A stretch of 64,000 nt of DNA from positions 89,900,001 to 89,964,000 of the forward strand of contig NC_083226.1 in the NCBI RefSeq assembly GCF_032191835.1. Reading direction: 5' to 3'. This stretch comes from Heteronotia binoei (Eukaryota). The notes below the pieces were generated by a model. The model had not been told where the DNA came from, did no database searches, and worked only from the letters and a program-made list of their open reading frames with translations. Positions 35,173-46,698 of the stretch are shown one piece after another. Made by a program: the position numbers and the translations under genes. Position 1 is the stretch's first letter; every line of letters begins with the position of its first letter.

Positions 35173-36809
35173 TAAATCTATGTAGGACAGTATAGCAGAA
35201 ATCTGGTTCTAGAAACCAGTGATTTATTCTTGTAAAAAGTTCCTTTTTCCTGTATATTCCTAGGGTGTGCCCTCTTTTTATAGCTCAGCTCACTATTGCA
35301 CTTTTAGCAACATGAGTTAAATAAAAAATGTAGCATGTTTTACTTTTATCTTAGGGCTCAATGGCTGTCAATCTAGAAATTTTATCTAGGATTGCAAGCA
35401 CCGGTCCACAATGTGAAAAAAAAGTACTGAAAATACCATGCAAGGACATAAAATGTTCTGAGGTCCCATGGGTTCAACCTCAAAGGGAAGAAAATCTTAA
35501 TTTAGTAATGACTGTTGGCACATACACTTCAGTAATGCCATCTCTTTGTTCCCAAAAGCTCTGAGGAAATTTTAAATGTGATCTGAAGAGCTTTTAACAA
35601 ACAAGCATTTAAGATAAGCAACAGTAACATTCTTGAAGTGCATTTCTCCTTTAGTTCTTTACTTCTAAGCCTTTCTTTTCAAATCCCTTGTAACATAAAC
35701 ACATCAAGCTATAACCCCATGTCTTTCTTGGGTCACTTCTTTGCTGGCAGCTGTTCTGAGTATGTTCTTTGGTTGAGTTCAGATTTTACAATCTAATCAC
35801 ATCTGAGTACCACTGAATTCCCCATTGAGTGCTAATAGCATGTTAGAATGGAATGTGAAAAAAGTCAAAGGAATTGACTGTCTTTAATAAATATAAAAGT
35901 CACTGTTCCCATCTCTCATTTAAAATTCAAGGATGCTATCACATGAATCGATTCAAAGCCAGGGGAAACCACAACAGCTCTGGTTTGTTAGGTATGAGGA
36001 AGAACTCTACAGCAGGGTCCCTGTTTCTGTCATACATCTGTAATAACATATTTAGAGAGATGACATTTTAATGAAGGTGCACGTTGATACTGGGAGAGGA
36101 AAAATTGAGAAATTCCACTCTCTGTCACAACAGGCTTCATGAATATATCCATGAAGATTTTAAATAGACAGTGGGATGAAAATAGTTAGAGTCTAATTAG
36201 TTTTACAGGCCCACTGCAACTGTTCGCTTGTGGTTACTGCTTACACTGTTCATTCTTTCATCCATCAATAATCCTCAGGAGAGGCCTTTATCAAATACAC
36301 CATTTGCTCAAGCTGAACATCAAGAACTCTTTTGTTTAGCTTTCTTCTCACTAAATGGAGATTAAAGTCATTTTGGGGAGTAATATTTTGGAGGTGTGTT
36401 CTATATTCATAACTAGAATGGAGAACTAAAACTCACCTCCACAATTGTATGTAGTGATATTTTCTTTCATAAGTGATATATTTCAGATACGTGCTTGGTT
36501 TTAACTGTGAAAGTATCTCGCAGGCAAAGATCTGAGACTAATATTCCCAGCCCAGTATTTAGTTAAAAATGTTAAATCTTCAATAACATTGTGAAAATTA
36601 ACCTTAAAACAAATCAAAATAAATTAATAGGAAGACTTAGGTGATCTTATGCAGCTATCATCATATTAGGCCTTTAACAGCTGTGTAGAGAAAGGTATTT
36701 CAACAAACGTGGCCTTTTATATTTCTGCAGGATGAGCTGTATGTACCAAATTCCATTGCATATATGACTGGGAAAGGTACCTATGAATCACAATTTTATC
36801 TTATCTTGG

Positions 36810-37030
36810 AAAGCCAGTGTAGCGTAGTGTAATGGTTAGAGTGCTGGATCAGGATAAGGAGATCCAGGTTTGAATCCCTACTTTGCTTGTTAGGTGACCT
36901 TCAACCACTCACAAACTCTTAGCCTAACATACCTCACAGGATTGTTATGAGAATACAATGGAGGACAATGTAAACCACTTTAGGTCCTCATTGGGGGAAA
37001 GGAAGGGTATAAATGGAGGAAATAAAAAAA
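36810..37030 (+). mobile_element. Old MIR-like SINE
   Basis: AGCCAGTGTAGCGTAG head, GGTTTGAATCCC B box and AGCCTAACATACCTCACAGGATTGTT core. Confidence 0.7.
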
Positions 37031-39352
37031 TAATCCTTCTTCCCAGAACCTCTTCCATATTATCTCCACAACAGTCCTGTAAGATAGATTAGGCTGAGTC
37101 TGAATATGAACTCTAAATTCCTCCGCTAACTGAACATTCTAATCCCCATTGCACACTAGCTGTCCAAATGCAAAGATTCCTGACCATTTTTGCATGTACT
37201 TATCTTTGACAGAGCATATAGCTAGTATATCAGTGGAAAAGGAACATTACAGAACAAATTTCCAAGAGGAAGACTCAAGTAATAAAAGAAGAAGTCCGCC
37301 TGTTATACATAGCATCATCAGTCAACACAATGAACAGTTGAAAGACTGTTATTTGTATCAGGCATAACAGGCTGTGCAATGAAGCTAGATGAAACAATGG
37401 GTGTGATCTGATGGGCAGGTTGCCACAGCAGGGTTTTGGCTTTTGAAAAGCTCCTTGATTTTGTGCCACGTTGCGTGACTCAGAGGGTGGCTGCTAAGCC
37501 AGCATCCTAGTGCTGAGGGTCTGTGGTTGGTTGTCCAAATCACTAATATGTCAAAACCACAGACATGTGGCTGACTTAGGGTTTTTTTTTCCAAATTCCT
37601 GCTTGCATGCGCAGAACCAGAAGTGCATATACACTCCTGGCCAGTTCTATGGGGTAACTGAAATGCACATCAGAGTGGGGTTGAGGGTGGGGGAAGGACA
37701 TGCCAGAAATGGAGTAGAACAATCACAATACTCATGCATTTCCATGGCATGCCAGGGCAATCAGATGGTCAAAAACTCACCATGGAAATGCTTTTCTCTT
37801 GAAGCCACTCAGATTTCCCAGTTGCTATTTAATCTATGTGGGAGTCATTTTAGCATGAGGTAAGGGCAAGTAGGGCATGGGAGCCAGAAGTGTGCATGTG
37901 ATTGTTCTCATAAAATCAGGAGGGAAGGGATGGCTATGGTGGGTGAAACTGCTCATGTGATCGCACCCACATATTTTAAAATAAACTGGACAGCGGATTT
38001 CGGGACAGGCATCAGCCTCTATTGCTGACTCCGCAACATCCCTATTTCCATCACCTCAGGAACTGGAGTCACAGCAGTTTGTCAAGTTCTTCTGGGCATG
38101 TGAGACTTGCTATGCTGTGCTTGAAGACACCTGAAGAATTAGGAGGGTATGAGTGTTATATGCTCTGCCTCTGAGGCAGTTCAGCAAAAAGCAAAGGATG
38201 TTGGTTGTGGCAAGGTGTGTTTCTGGCCTTGGGTAGCACCCTTTGATTAGTCACACTGATATAAAAATATATGGAAAGGAATGGTTGTTTTCTGGTCCCT
38301 ATTAAAATGGACATGCTATACTTGAAAAAAAAAATGATTTAGGCTATGATGAAAATCTTACCTGAGTCAGTCATTTTGTTCACCATCCCATCATATTTCA
38401 ATAAGCTATGAAGAAAGTGGATCAGTTCATCCTATGAGGGAAAAATGAAATGTCCTTGCCACTTTGTAATAGATTTAAACATTAAGACATTTTACTAGGA
38501 GCATCTCTTTTCAACCAACTGCCCTAGGGAAAAAAGTGCTGGCATAAGCAGAAGTGGGGAAGGCTACCATTAAAATGTCAGCTCTGATAGATTTAAATGC
38601 TCCTAGCACACTGTTTATCACATACTTCTTTCCACTCCTAGGTAGAATAATTGGTATTAGAGAAGATGATATTCTAGGGTTAAAAAATAAAACAAAACAT
38701 GAAAATAGACAATAAGAGATGTTACTTGTTCCATTTGTGAAAAGACACTAAGGTAAAATATGTTGGGTAACTGTGGTGTGAGAAAATAAAGGCTTGAAAA
38801 CCAATGTTTGATCTTTTTTGTCAGCTGTGTTTTATCTTTGGAACTTTTGCTGTTAAAATGAGGTAGGATAATAACAAAAAACCATAAAACCCTGAGTATA
38901 TTTTAAAAGCTTTTTTTGAAAGGGGGGGGGGAGAAAGTTGTTTTGCATTTTTTATCTCATATCATTAAAAAATGCTCTGAAATAAAGGGGCTTTTAATTC
39001 TGCTGCTCAGTTGGCCAGCTTGCTTATCCCATTGTGTTTTGTCACATACAAATAGAAACATCTAGATTTTCAATTGTATCTGAATATTACAATTATAGAA
39101 ACTTAATTAATGGAGAAGTGCTTGCATTGATTTGTTTAAAATGGATGAAACAAAATTATCTGCTGATGACTTTGGAAGGGTTTACCTGGTAAAAACTGAA
39201 GACAAAATATTTTCTATGTGTAAATTAATGAATATTAGTAACACGTACTGCAATCCAGGGAGTTAAGTCCCACTGAATAGATCTGTGTATGATTCTGAGT
39301 AGATTTGCCTAGGAGTGTTCTTAAACTCAGCTTGTCTACTTTTAGGTTAATT

Positions 39353-39773
39353 CAGGGGTCATTTAATAGAAAAAGAGGTGCCAGAGCTCATTAGCATAAC
39401 TAATTAGCATAACTCATTTGCATATACCACACACCCTCAACATCACTGGAAGGTGTACTAAATTATATCAACTCAGCTTCTACTTTAAAATGCTTCTTGA
39501 ATTATAATTGTCATAATAAAACATACTTTTAAAATTACTTTCTCCTATGTGGCCACAGTGAATGATGAAGATTTCCATCTGTCTGATATGTTTTGGTTAC
39601 TTTTCCCATTTTTGTAGGAAAAATCTTAGAGTTCAGCAAAATTCTCACAGGGGGTTGAACAATGGAGTCCAGAAGCAAGTATTTGGGTGGGGGGCGTAAG
39701 AAAGAAATACCACAATAAAATTTAGAGGTTCCGGAGCTCCATTCCTGTGAGCTCCTGCCCTAAATGAGGCCTG
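39353..39773. mobile_element. hAT MITE
   Basis: CAGGGGTCATTT/AAATGAGGCCTG termini; flanks GGTTAATT/GGTTAATA (7/8 TSD). Confidence 0.8.
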
Positions 39774-40069
39774 GGTTAATATAGGTCACATTTGCTGCAG
39801 AAAAGCTGCTTTGGGAAGAAGCAATTTGATGTGGAGAAGCATCTGAGGGAAGGAGTACTTATCTGATGGTTACCCACAGTGTTTACAATGCAAATGTCAT
39901 GTAAACTGCATGAAATTTTACATGCATGTTTAGCACCACAAAGATATGCCTGACAATCAATGGGAAGGGGAAAGCAGCATTGGCAGACTGTAGCAGAGAA
40001 ACAAAGGCAGGAAAAGAGACAAGCACCATTTTCATCTTCCTCCCACTTTCCAACTCTAAATTGCTTTCA

Positions 40070-40560
40070 TGAACTGGCGAACCACCAAGCTTAGTGCCGA
40101 CATCCGATGGCAAGCCTGCCCCCACTATTCCCCAGGGAGTGAGGGGGAATATGTAAACCAAACAAGCCCAGCCAGCAGCAAACTGCTGCGCCAAAAGGTG
40201 CTCCCGCTCTGTCCCTCAACGCTCTGGAGTGCCACGGCTCGCTTAAAAGCGGCCGTGACCACCAGGAAACTGACCCGAAGAGGCACGGGCAGAAGAAAGA
40301 GCACTGCCACGGCTTGATCTAAGGCAGCCATGGCAACGCCAAACTGACACTGGAAAAGACAGGAGGAGCTCGCTGAAGCTCTCCACTCCCCAAGCACAAG
40401 GTGAAGACTGGGAGGCAGAAGCGGAGACAGCTGTTAAGGCGTGCCTGCTCCGCCCCATAATGCCCTGCCCGCTCCTCCTCCTTACGAAGGGGCAAAACGG
40501 CCCCCGGAGACAAGGCTATGCAGCCTGCCTTCGGTTGGGAGCCGCAATCTTTTTTGTGGG
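40070..40560. promoter_or_regulatory. CpG-rich promoter-like segment with RFX X-box-like site and GC box
   Basis: CpG-enriched unique DNA; GCAGCCATGGCAAC (40324-40337) is 1 mismatch from GTNRCCNNRGYAAC; Sp1-type CTCCGCCCC at 40448-40456; candidate donors on both strands. Confidence 0.5.
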
Positions 40561-40667
40561 CTTTTGTCTTGCCAAGGCTTGGTATTGGCTTGCCATATTA
40601 GTTTGGCTTTGATTCTGTCCTTTGAAATTGGTTTTGGTGGTGCTGAGACATTGTGTTCTTATGGAAT

Positions 40668-40790
40668 CATAGAATCATAGATTCTGCACAATGCAAGTAA
40701 TTCACAAATACCTCCCCCTAAATTAACAGGATCAGCATTATGTCAGATGGCCATCTAGCCTCTGTTTAAAAACTTCCAATGACAAAGTTT
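40668..40790 (-). mobile_element. Short CR1 3' tail fragment
   Basis: CATAGAATCATAGA tail and TCAGATGGCCATCTAGCCTCTGTTTAAAAAC shared with the 11529 copy. Confidence 0.75.
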
Positions 40791-42212
40791 GGATCCTTGG
40801 TCTCACAACAGTCCATTTCAAAATTCAGCCTAATATCAGCATACAGGCAAAAAAAAAAGGAAAGGAAAGGAAAGGAAAGGAAAGAGCTTTTGTCCTATTG
40901 ACTCATAAATCAAAATATCCTGTGGAATCCAACCCTGAATGCTTTTCACCAAAGCTCTCTTATCACTTCACGATCATAAAATAGAATCACAACTAAAAAC
41001 AGGCACAGAACTTCAAACACACCACCACCCATTCCTTAGAGATCATATTACAAACATATACTAGCATCCTTTACAAAATCCACTTAAGCTAAATATCATC
41101 CTTAAAAAAACCAAAATTGGCTTCTGGAATAGTTGCATTTCTGTGATGTGGGAAAAAGAACTTAGTCTCAAGTTCAACACATAACCAAAACATGAAAGGT
41201 TTTTTTTCTCTCCCTGCAAACAAACATCTTTGGAGAGAGAGAACTGTTACAAACTTTTTTTCTGCTTTATCAGTGTACCTGGAACAATATGAAACTAGCA
41301 TTCTTTATTCATGGTTATGAGATCTTGTGAGGTTTCTGGGACAGAATTGCCAAATTCCCAATAGGAGAGAGGTCTAAATCCTGAACCTTATTTCTCTACA
41401 TAAAGTTTTCCACAACTTTGTAGGTAAAACGAGTAGATCTATTTTAGCTAGACAAAATATATATATTCAAACAACTTTTATCAACCTTATGAACAAATTT
41501 TTTTGCTTTTGCTCTTTTTAAAATGTCAGCCTGTCAGCCCCCCTAGAAGTTAAAAGCTGGACTTAGTGACTGACTCCCCTCTTCCTTTGGGGTGGCATTT
41601 TTCCTTGCTGCCACCTCCTCCTTTGGTCCAGTTGCATCTATTTACTTCCTTTCCCTCCCAGCTTGTGGATGGAACCTTAGCTTTCTCACTTGAAAGACTA
41701 ACAAAGGGAATTACCACACCCTGCCCCAGTACCTGGGGCCCTGTAGCCAGACAGCCTTCCCTCCTGGTTCCTTGTCACTTCACTGGACTTCTGGGGATCC
41801 CTGGAGGTGCTCAGGCAATTGCTTTTGTGAGCTAGAGCTGAGGCAAGGAGTAGAGCTGAAATCAGCTCTGGTGCACCTTCTCCAGGAATCGACCTCTCGC
41901 ATGCAGTCTGCTGAGTGGCCATCAGTTGTCCTGTATGGAAAGTCACCAGAAAATCCGTTGCACAAGTCTGCAGTCTGAATGCCTTTGCCCAATAAAAGAC
42001 ATGCAGCCAAAGTCCATGTGAGGAGGAAAAAAAATATTACAATAAATTATGGAGATGAGCTAAGCCAAGACCTGCATACCAAGCTGCTCTACCCTCTTTC
42101 CAGTTGGTCAATACTTTATATAGCCTTAATAACACATTGGCACATGTTGGCATAAACACATAATAATTGGCTGGAACATCCAACATAATTTCATTGCAAG
42201 TGTCAGCCACAC

Positions 42213-43620
42213 GTTGTTGTTGTTGATTTGCCCAGTTGATTCATGCCAGGCCCTCCTGTCTTCCACCATCCTCCAAGGTCTGCTCAAATTCGAGTAATGC
42301 TGTCCAGCCATCTCATCTTTTGCTGCCCCCTTCTTCTTATGCCTTCTGACTTTTCCAGCATCAGGATCTTCTCCAGTGAGTGCTCCCTTCTCTTTTGGTG
42401 GCCAAAGTATTTGAGCTTCAGCATCTGACCTTCCAGGGAACAGTCAGGGTTGATTTCCCATGGGACTGACTGATTTGATCTTCTTGCAGTCTAACGGACT
42501 CTCAAGATTCTTCCTCAGCACCAGAGCTCGAAAGCATCTATTCTTCTGAGCTCAGCCTTCCTAATGGTCCAACTCTCACAGCCATTCATTACTACTGGGA
42601 ATACCATAGTTTTGACTATATGGACTTTTGTTGGCATGGTGATGTCTCTACTTTTTATTATACTTCCTAGGTTTGCCATAGTTGTTCTCCCAAGGAGTAA
42701 ACATCTTTTAATTTCATGGCTACAGTCACCATCTTCAGTGATCTTGGATCCCAGAAATGTGAAGTCTGTCATGATTTCCATGTTTTCCCCTTCTATTTGC
42801 CAAGGAGTGATGGGGCCGAATGCCATGATCTTAGTTTTTTTAATGTTGAGTTTCAAACCTACTTTTGTGCTCTCCTCTTTCACCCTCAACAAGAGGTTCT
42901 TTAGGTTCTCTTCACTTTCTGCCATTAGAGTGGTGTCATCTGCATATCTGAGGTTGTTGATGTTTTTCCCAGCAATCTTAATTCCAGTTTGTGTTTCATC
43001 CAAGCTGGCATTCTGCATGATGTACTCTGCATATAAATTAAATAGCAGGGTGACAATATACATCCTTGTTGAACTCCTTTTCCTGTTCTAAACCAATCAG
43101 TTGTTCCATATCCCATTCTGACAGTTGCTTCTTGACCCTTATACAGGTTTCTCAGGAGACATGTGAAATTGTCTGGTACTCCCATCTCTTTAAGGACTTG
43201 CCACAATTTGTTGTGATCCACACAATCAAATGCTTTAGCATAGTCAATGAAGCAGAAATAGACGTTTTTCTGGTACACCCATGCTTTCTCCATAATCCAG
43301 CAAATGATGTCAATTTGATCTCTAGTTCCTCTACTTCTCCGAAACCCAGCTTGAACTTCTGGTAGTTCCCGATCTACATACTGCTGAAGCCTAGTTTGTA
43401 GGATCTTTAACATGGCCTTGCTGGCATGTGAAATGAGTGCAATGGTGTGACAGTTTGAACATTCCTCGGCATTACCCTTCTTTGAGATTGGAAAGTAAAC
43501 TGACCTTTTCCAATCCTGTGACCACTGTTGCGTTTTCCAAATTTGCTGACATATTGAGTGCATTACTTTAACAGCATTGTCTTTTAAGACTAAAAAGCTC
43601 AACTGGGATATAATAATCTC
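42213..43620 (-). mobile_element. Bov-B (RTE clade) LINE 3' fragment, RT pseudogene
   Basis: FCFIDYAKAFDCVDH, GKGVQQGCILSP, NINNLRYADDTTLMAES, RRIDAFELWC; (CAA)n tail; frameshifted. Confidence 0.93.
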
Positions 43621-43806
43621 CACTCAGTTCCCAGTACTGACTTCCCCCTTCTGTTAGACAGATTTAATTTCATTCCACAGCTTGTGGGAACCAATTGTCT
43701 GTGACTTGAAGCTAAATTAAATTTGGCTTTTCTCTTACCATACTTTTATTTCCAAATACAATATACTACACAACCACAACAAAATAATCCCATATTGCAT
43801 CTAAAC

Positions 43807-44408
43807 CAGGGGTGTCAAACTAATTTGTTATGGGGGTCAAATCTAACATATATGAGACCTTGTCAGGCCGGACTATGTATATCATAAAATGTAATTCCAG
43901 GAAGCAGAGATATAAACTTTATAAAGGACACAGACAAAGACAAAGATTTTTTTTAAAAAAACCCCTTAAAATAAAACATGCTTAAAACATTCTCATTGGT
44001 CTTAAAGGTGCTTTCTTTGTATCTCTGCCATGGGATCCAGGGAACTGGACAAAGTAAGCTCTGGCTCTTTCCTTCCTTCCCCCAGGGGACCAGGAGGCAG
44101 AGGAGCCTCAGCCAATAGAAGGAAGAGAGGCTTGGCTCAGTAGCTCTGCTGTGTGATTGAGAGAGCCTGGCAAAGCAAACTTTTCCTCTCCCACTTCCTC
44201 CCCAAGGGCAGAGTCTCAGCCAATGGAGAAAACAGAGGTTTTGCTCTGTAGCTCCTGTGAGATTGAGCAAGCCTTGCAAAGCAAGTTGTTATGTAGAAGG
44301 CAGGGAAAGAGAGGAAGAAGGAAGCAGACAACAACCAGTTGCTCAGGGACCTATTAGGAGTCCTCTGGGGGCCTGATTTGGCCCCTGGGCTGCAATTTGA
44401 TACCCTTA
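43807..44408. mobile_element. hAT-Charlie-like non-autonomous element
   Basis: CAGGGGTGTCAAA/TTTGATACCCTTA termini; flanks ATCTAAAC/AGCTAGAC (6/8, NTCTAGAN-type target). Confidence 0.75.
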
Positions 44409-45695
44409 AGCTAGACAGTCAGTAGTTGCTTTAAAAAGTAGCAAGATATCACATTCGTAATCAAGATAAGATATTTTTAGCATATACCTCTGAGGAAATT
44501 CATCCTTCCAAAAATAATGGGAGTTGGGCTAATATTATCCCTGGATTGTTGGGCTAGAAGTCAATGAGCAGTGAAGAGAAAGACCTCTCTTCATTGCTGA
44601 AGACAGAATAAAACCCCACTCTTGAATGAAGAATGGGAACACTTCAGTTCTATTATGGGAGAAGTTGACCAAGGTATTATCTTTCTTCCTTTTGTAGGGT
44701 TGCCAGGTCTGTAGTCTGACATATAACATCTGATAGTTATTTGGTATTGTTTCTAATTTTTGTAATCCTGATCCTATTATGTTGCTTATTAGATCTTTCA
44801 TGCTATTTCATTGCACTGTTATATACCATGGAATCAGCCTTGAGTCTCAGTGAGAATGGCAGGCTGTAAATAAATACCAACAGCAGCAAATACTAACATC
44901 ATCATTATCACTATTAATGGCAATTTTCATCAAATTCTAGATTTCTGTGGCAGATATTCCTACCCCACTAGTGCATATAACCACTAGTGCATAATTTTTT
45001 GTGTGTGCTACTTCAGTAATATTATTCTAAGCAGGTCTACTCAGAATCCTACTCAAGTCTACTCTTTATAGAACAGTTCCTTCCTTGCCTCCCACTGTAG
45101 CCCGTTATACCCTCTGAAATACTGCAGTGGGGAAGCACGAAATGCAGGAACAGCATAGCAAGTGGGGGAGAGGGAAGTCAAAGGGCTATAATAAGACAGG
45201 GAAGCAGCAAAAATCAGCCCCCCATCCACTCATGTAAAATCTTGTGTGGAATCCAAACAACTGACCTCATCAATAAGTCACTAAGCTAATTAGTAAAGAT
45301 GAGTAAAAATATTTAAATAAATGATTGATATACTTCTAAGGTCCTACCTATTTCAAAAGCTAACAGTCACAGCAGTATAAGTCAGATAGCCTGAGTAGTT
45401 AAAGTTATGTCAGAAGATGCTTTCTTTTCTGGATGACTCAGCAAAATGTGAGTCTAAGAGCTTTGCCTGATATATTACTTCTCAATTTTCATTTTGTCAG
45501 ATTGTAAAATAAAAAAGAAACAATATTATTTATGAAGACCTTGCTGCAAAACCCAGTGGTGAGTGACTGTCTAGGTAAAAACATCATTAACTATCTTAAA
45601 TGAAATGTCAAGCCAAGAATATCCCTGATGCTATGCAGCCATTTAAAGCTTATTTATTTTTAAAAAGTGGCATAGTTTTATTTCTGCTGTAGAAT

Positions 45696-45878
45696 ATGTC
45701 CGGCCCCTTCCCAGCCGAGCCAGCTTGCAGGCTATAGGCTGGGGGCCGTCTTTGCATCCCCGGAAGGAGGGAGGGGCAGCAGCATCACCCGACATACGGG
45801 TGTTTTAGCAAGGCGTGGAGGTGGGGCTTTATAAGCCCCGGCTCCCGCCTCACTACGCAGTTTGTTTTCGGCTCTCTG
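45696..45878 (+). repeat. Ngaro repeat A1 (183 bp, promoter-bearing)
   Basis: Identical to 51765-51947; contains TTTATAA (TATA-like) at 45828-45834. Confidence 0.97.
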
Positions 45879-46698
45879 TGAGAGAGCCACGTTCGTCCGG
45901 CTGCTGCAGGGTCGAGGCCTGGGCGGCTGGGTCGGAGCTTCCTTGAACAGCTGATCGGCGGCTGGTGCTTCGGCGGCGGGGCGCGCTTGCGGCGGCTGTG
46001 CTAAGCGGCGTGGGGGCTTCCGAGGATCAGCTGTTTGGCGCGGCGAGGCGCGCTTGCGAGGCTCGGACCTTGGAGTCAGCTGTGGGGCCTTGGCGGCGAG
46101 ACGCGCTTGCGGCGGCGAGACGCGCTTGCGGCGGCTGAGTAGCGCTGTGAACGGCTAACAGTATCCGAGGCTTGGGGGCGGCCGGGACGGTCCGGGACGG
46201 CACGGGCGCTCTTTTTGCAAGGCCCCTCTTGGTGGGCCGACTCGGGGAGGCAGTTGCCGGGCCATTTCCACCTTCATTGTTTTGCCTTAGCAGGGCAGGC
46301 GTAGCGGCCCCCTGCTTACCGGGAACGTGGGTGGCTGGCTAGTACTGGGCGGACACTTCTCCTGAAGTTTGCTTCTTTGGAAGCTGAGCCGGGTTCCTCT
46401 TGCTGTTGGGGTGGTGAGCCACTCCACCCTGGTTTTCTTTTCCCGAGGGGAGAGTTTTTGGGTCCTGGTGCTTGGGCTTGGCCTTTAGCTACCCCCCCCC
46501 ACCCTCATCTTAACTTCATTACCTGCTGGGTTGGAAGTTCCAGGGGTGGTGCCTGTCTCGGGTTGGGTGGTAGTTTGGGTCTACCCCATTAACAAAGGAG
46601 CATACACCTCCTCTTATCGGTTGAGGTGGGTGGGGCTGAAAGGGGCCTTTGGGTGGTCAGCAAGCCCCAGCCTTGCTCATTGCTGGTCGCAGTAGAGG

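Noticed and set aside
40329-40400. Plus-strand ATG GCA ACG CCA AAC TGA CAC TGG... read as a selenocysteine or readthrough ORF
   Set aside because: Very short, no SECIS or homology evident; the ATG is explained as part of the X-box-like palindrome.
41524-42041. Possible solo LTR (TGTCAG...AATAAA...TATTACA)
   Set aside because: TG/CA ends and a poly(A) signal are present, but flanks (TAAAA vs ATAAA) do not give a convincing TSD and there is no second copy in the window.
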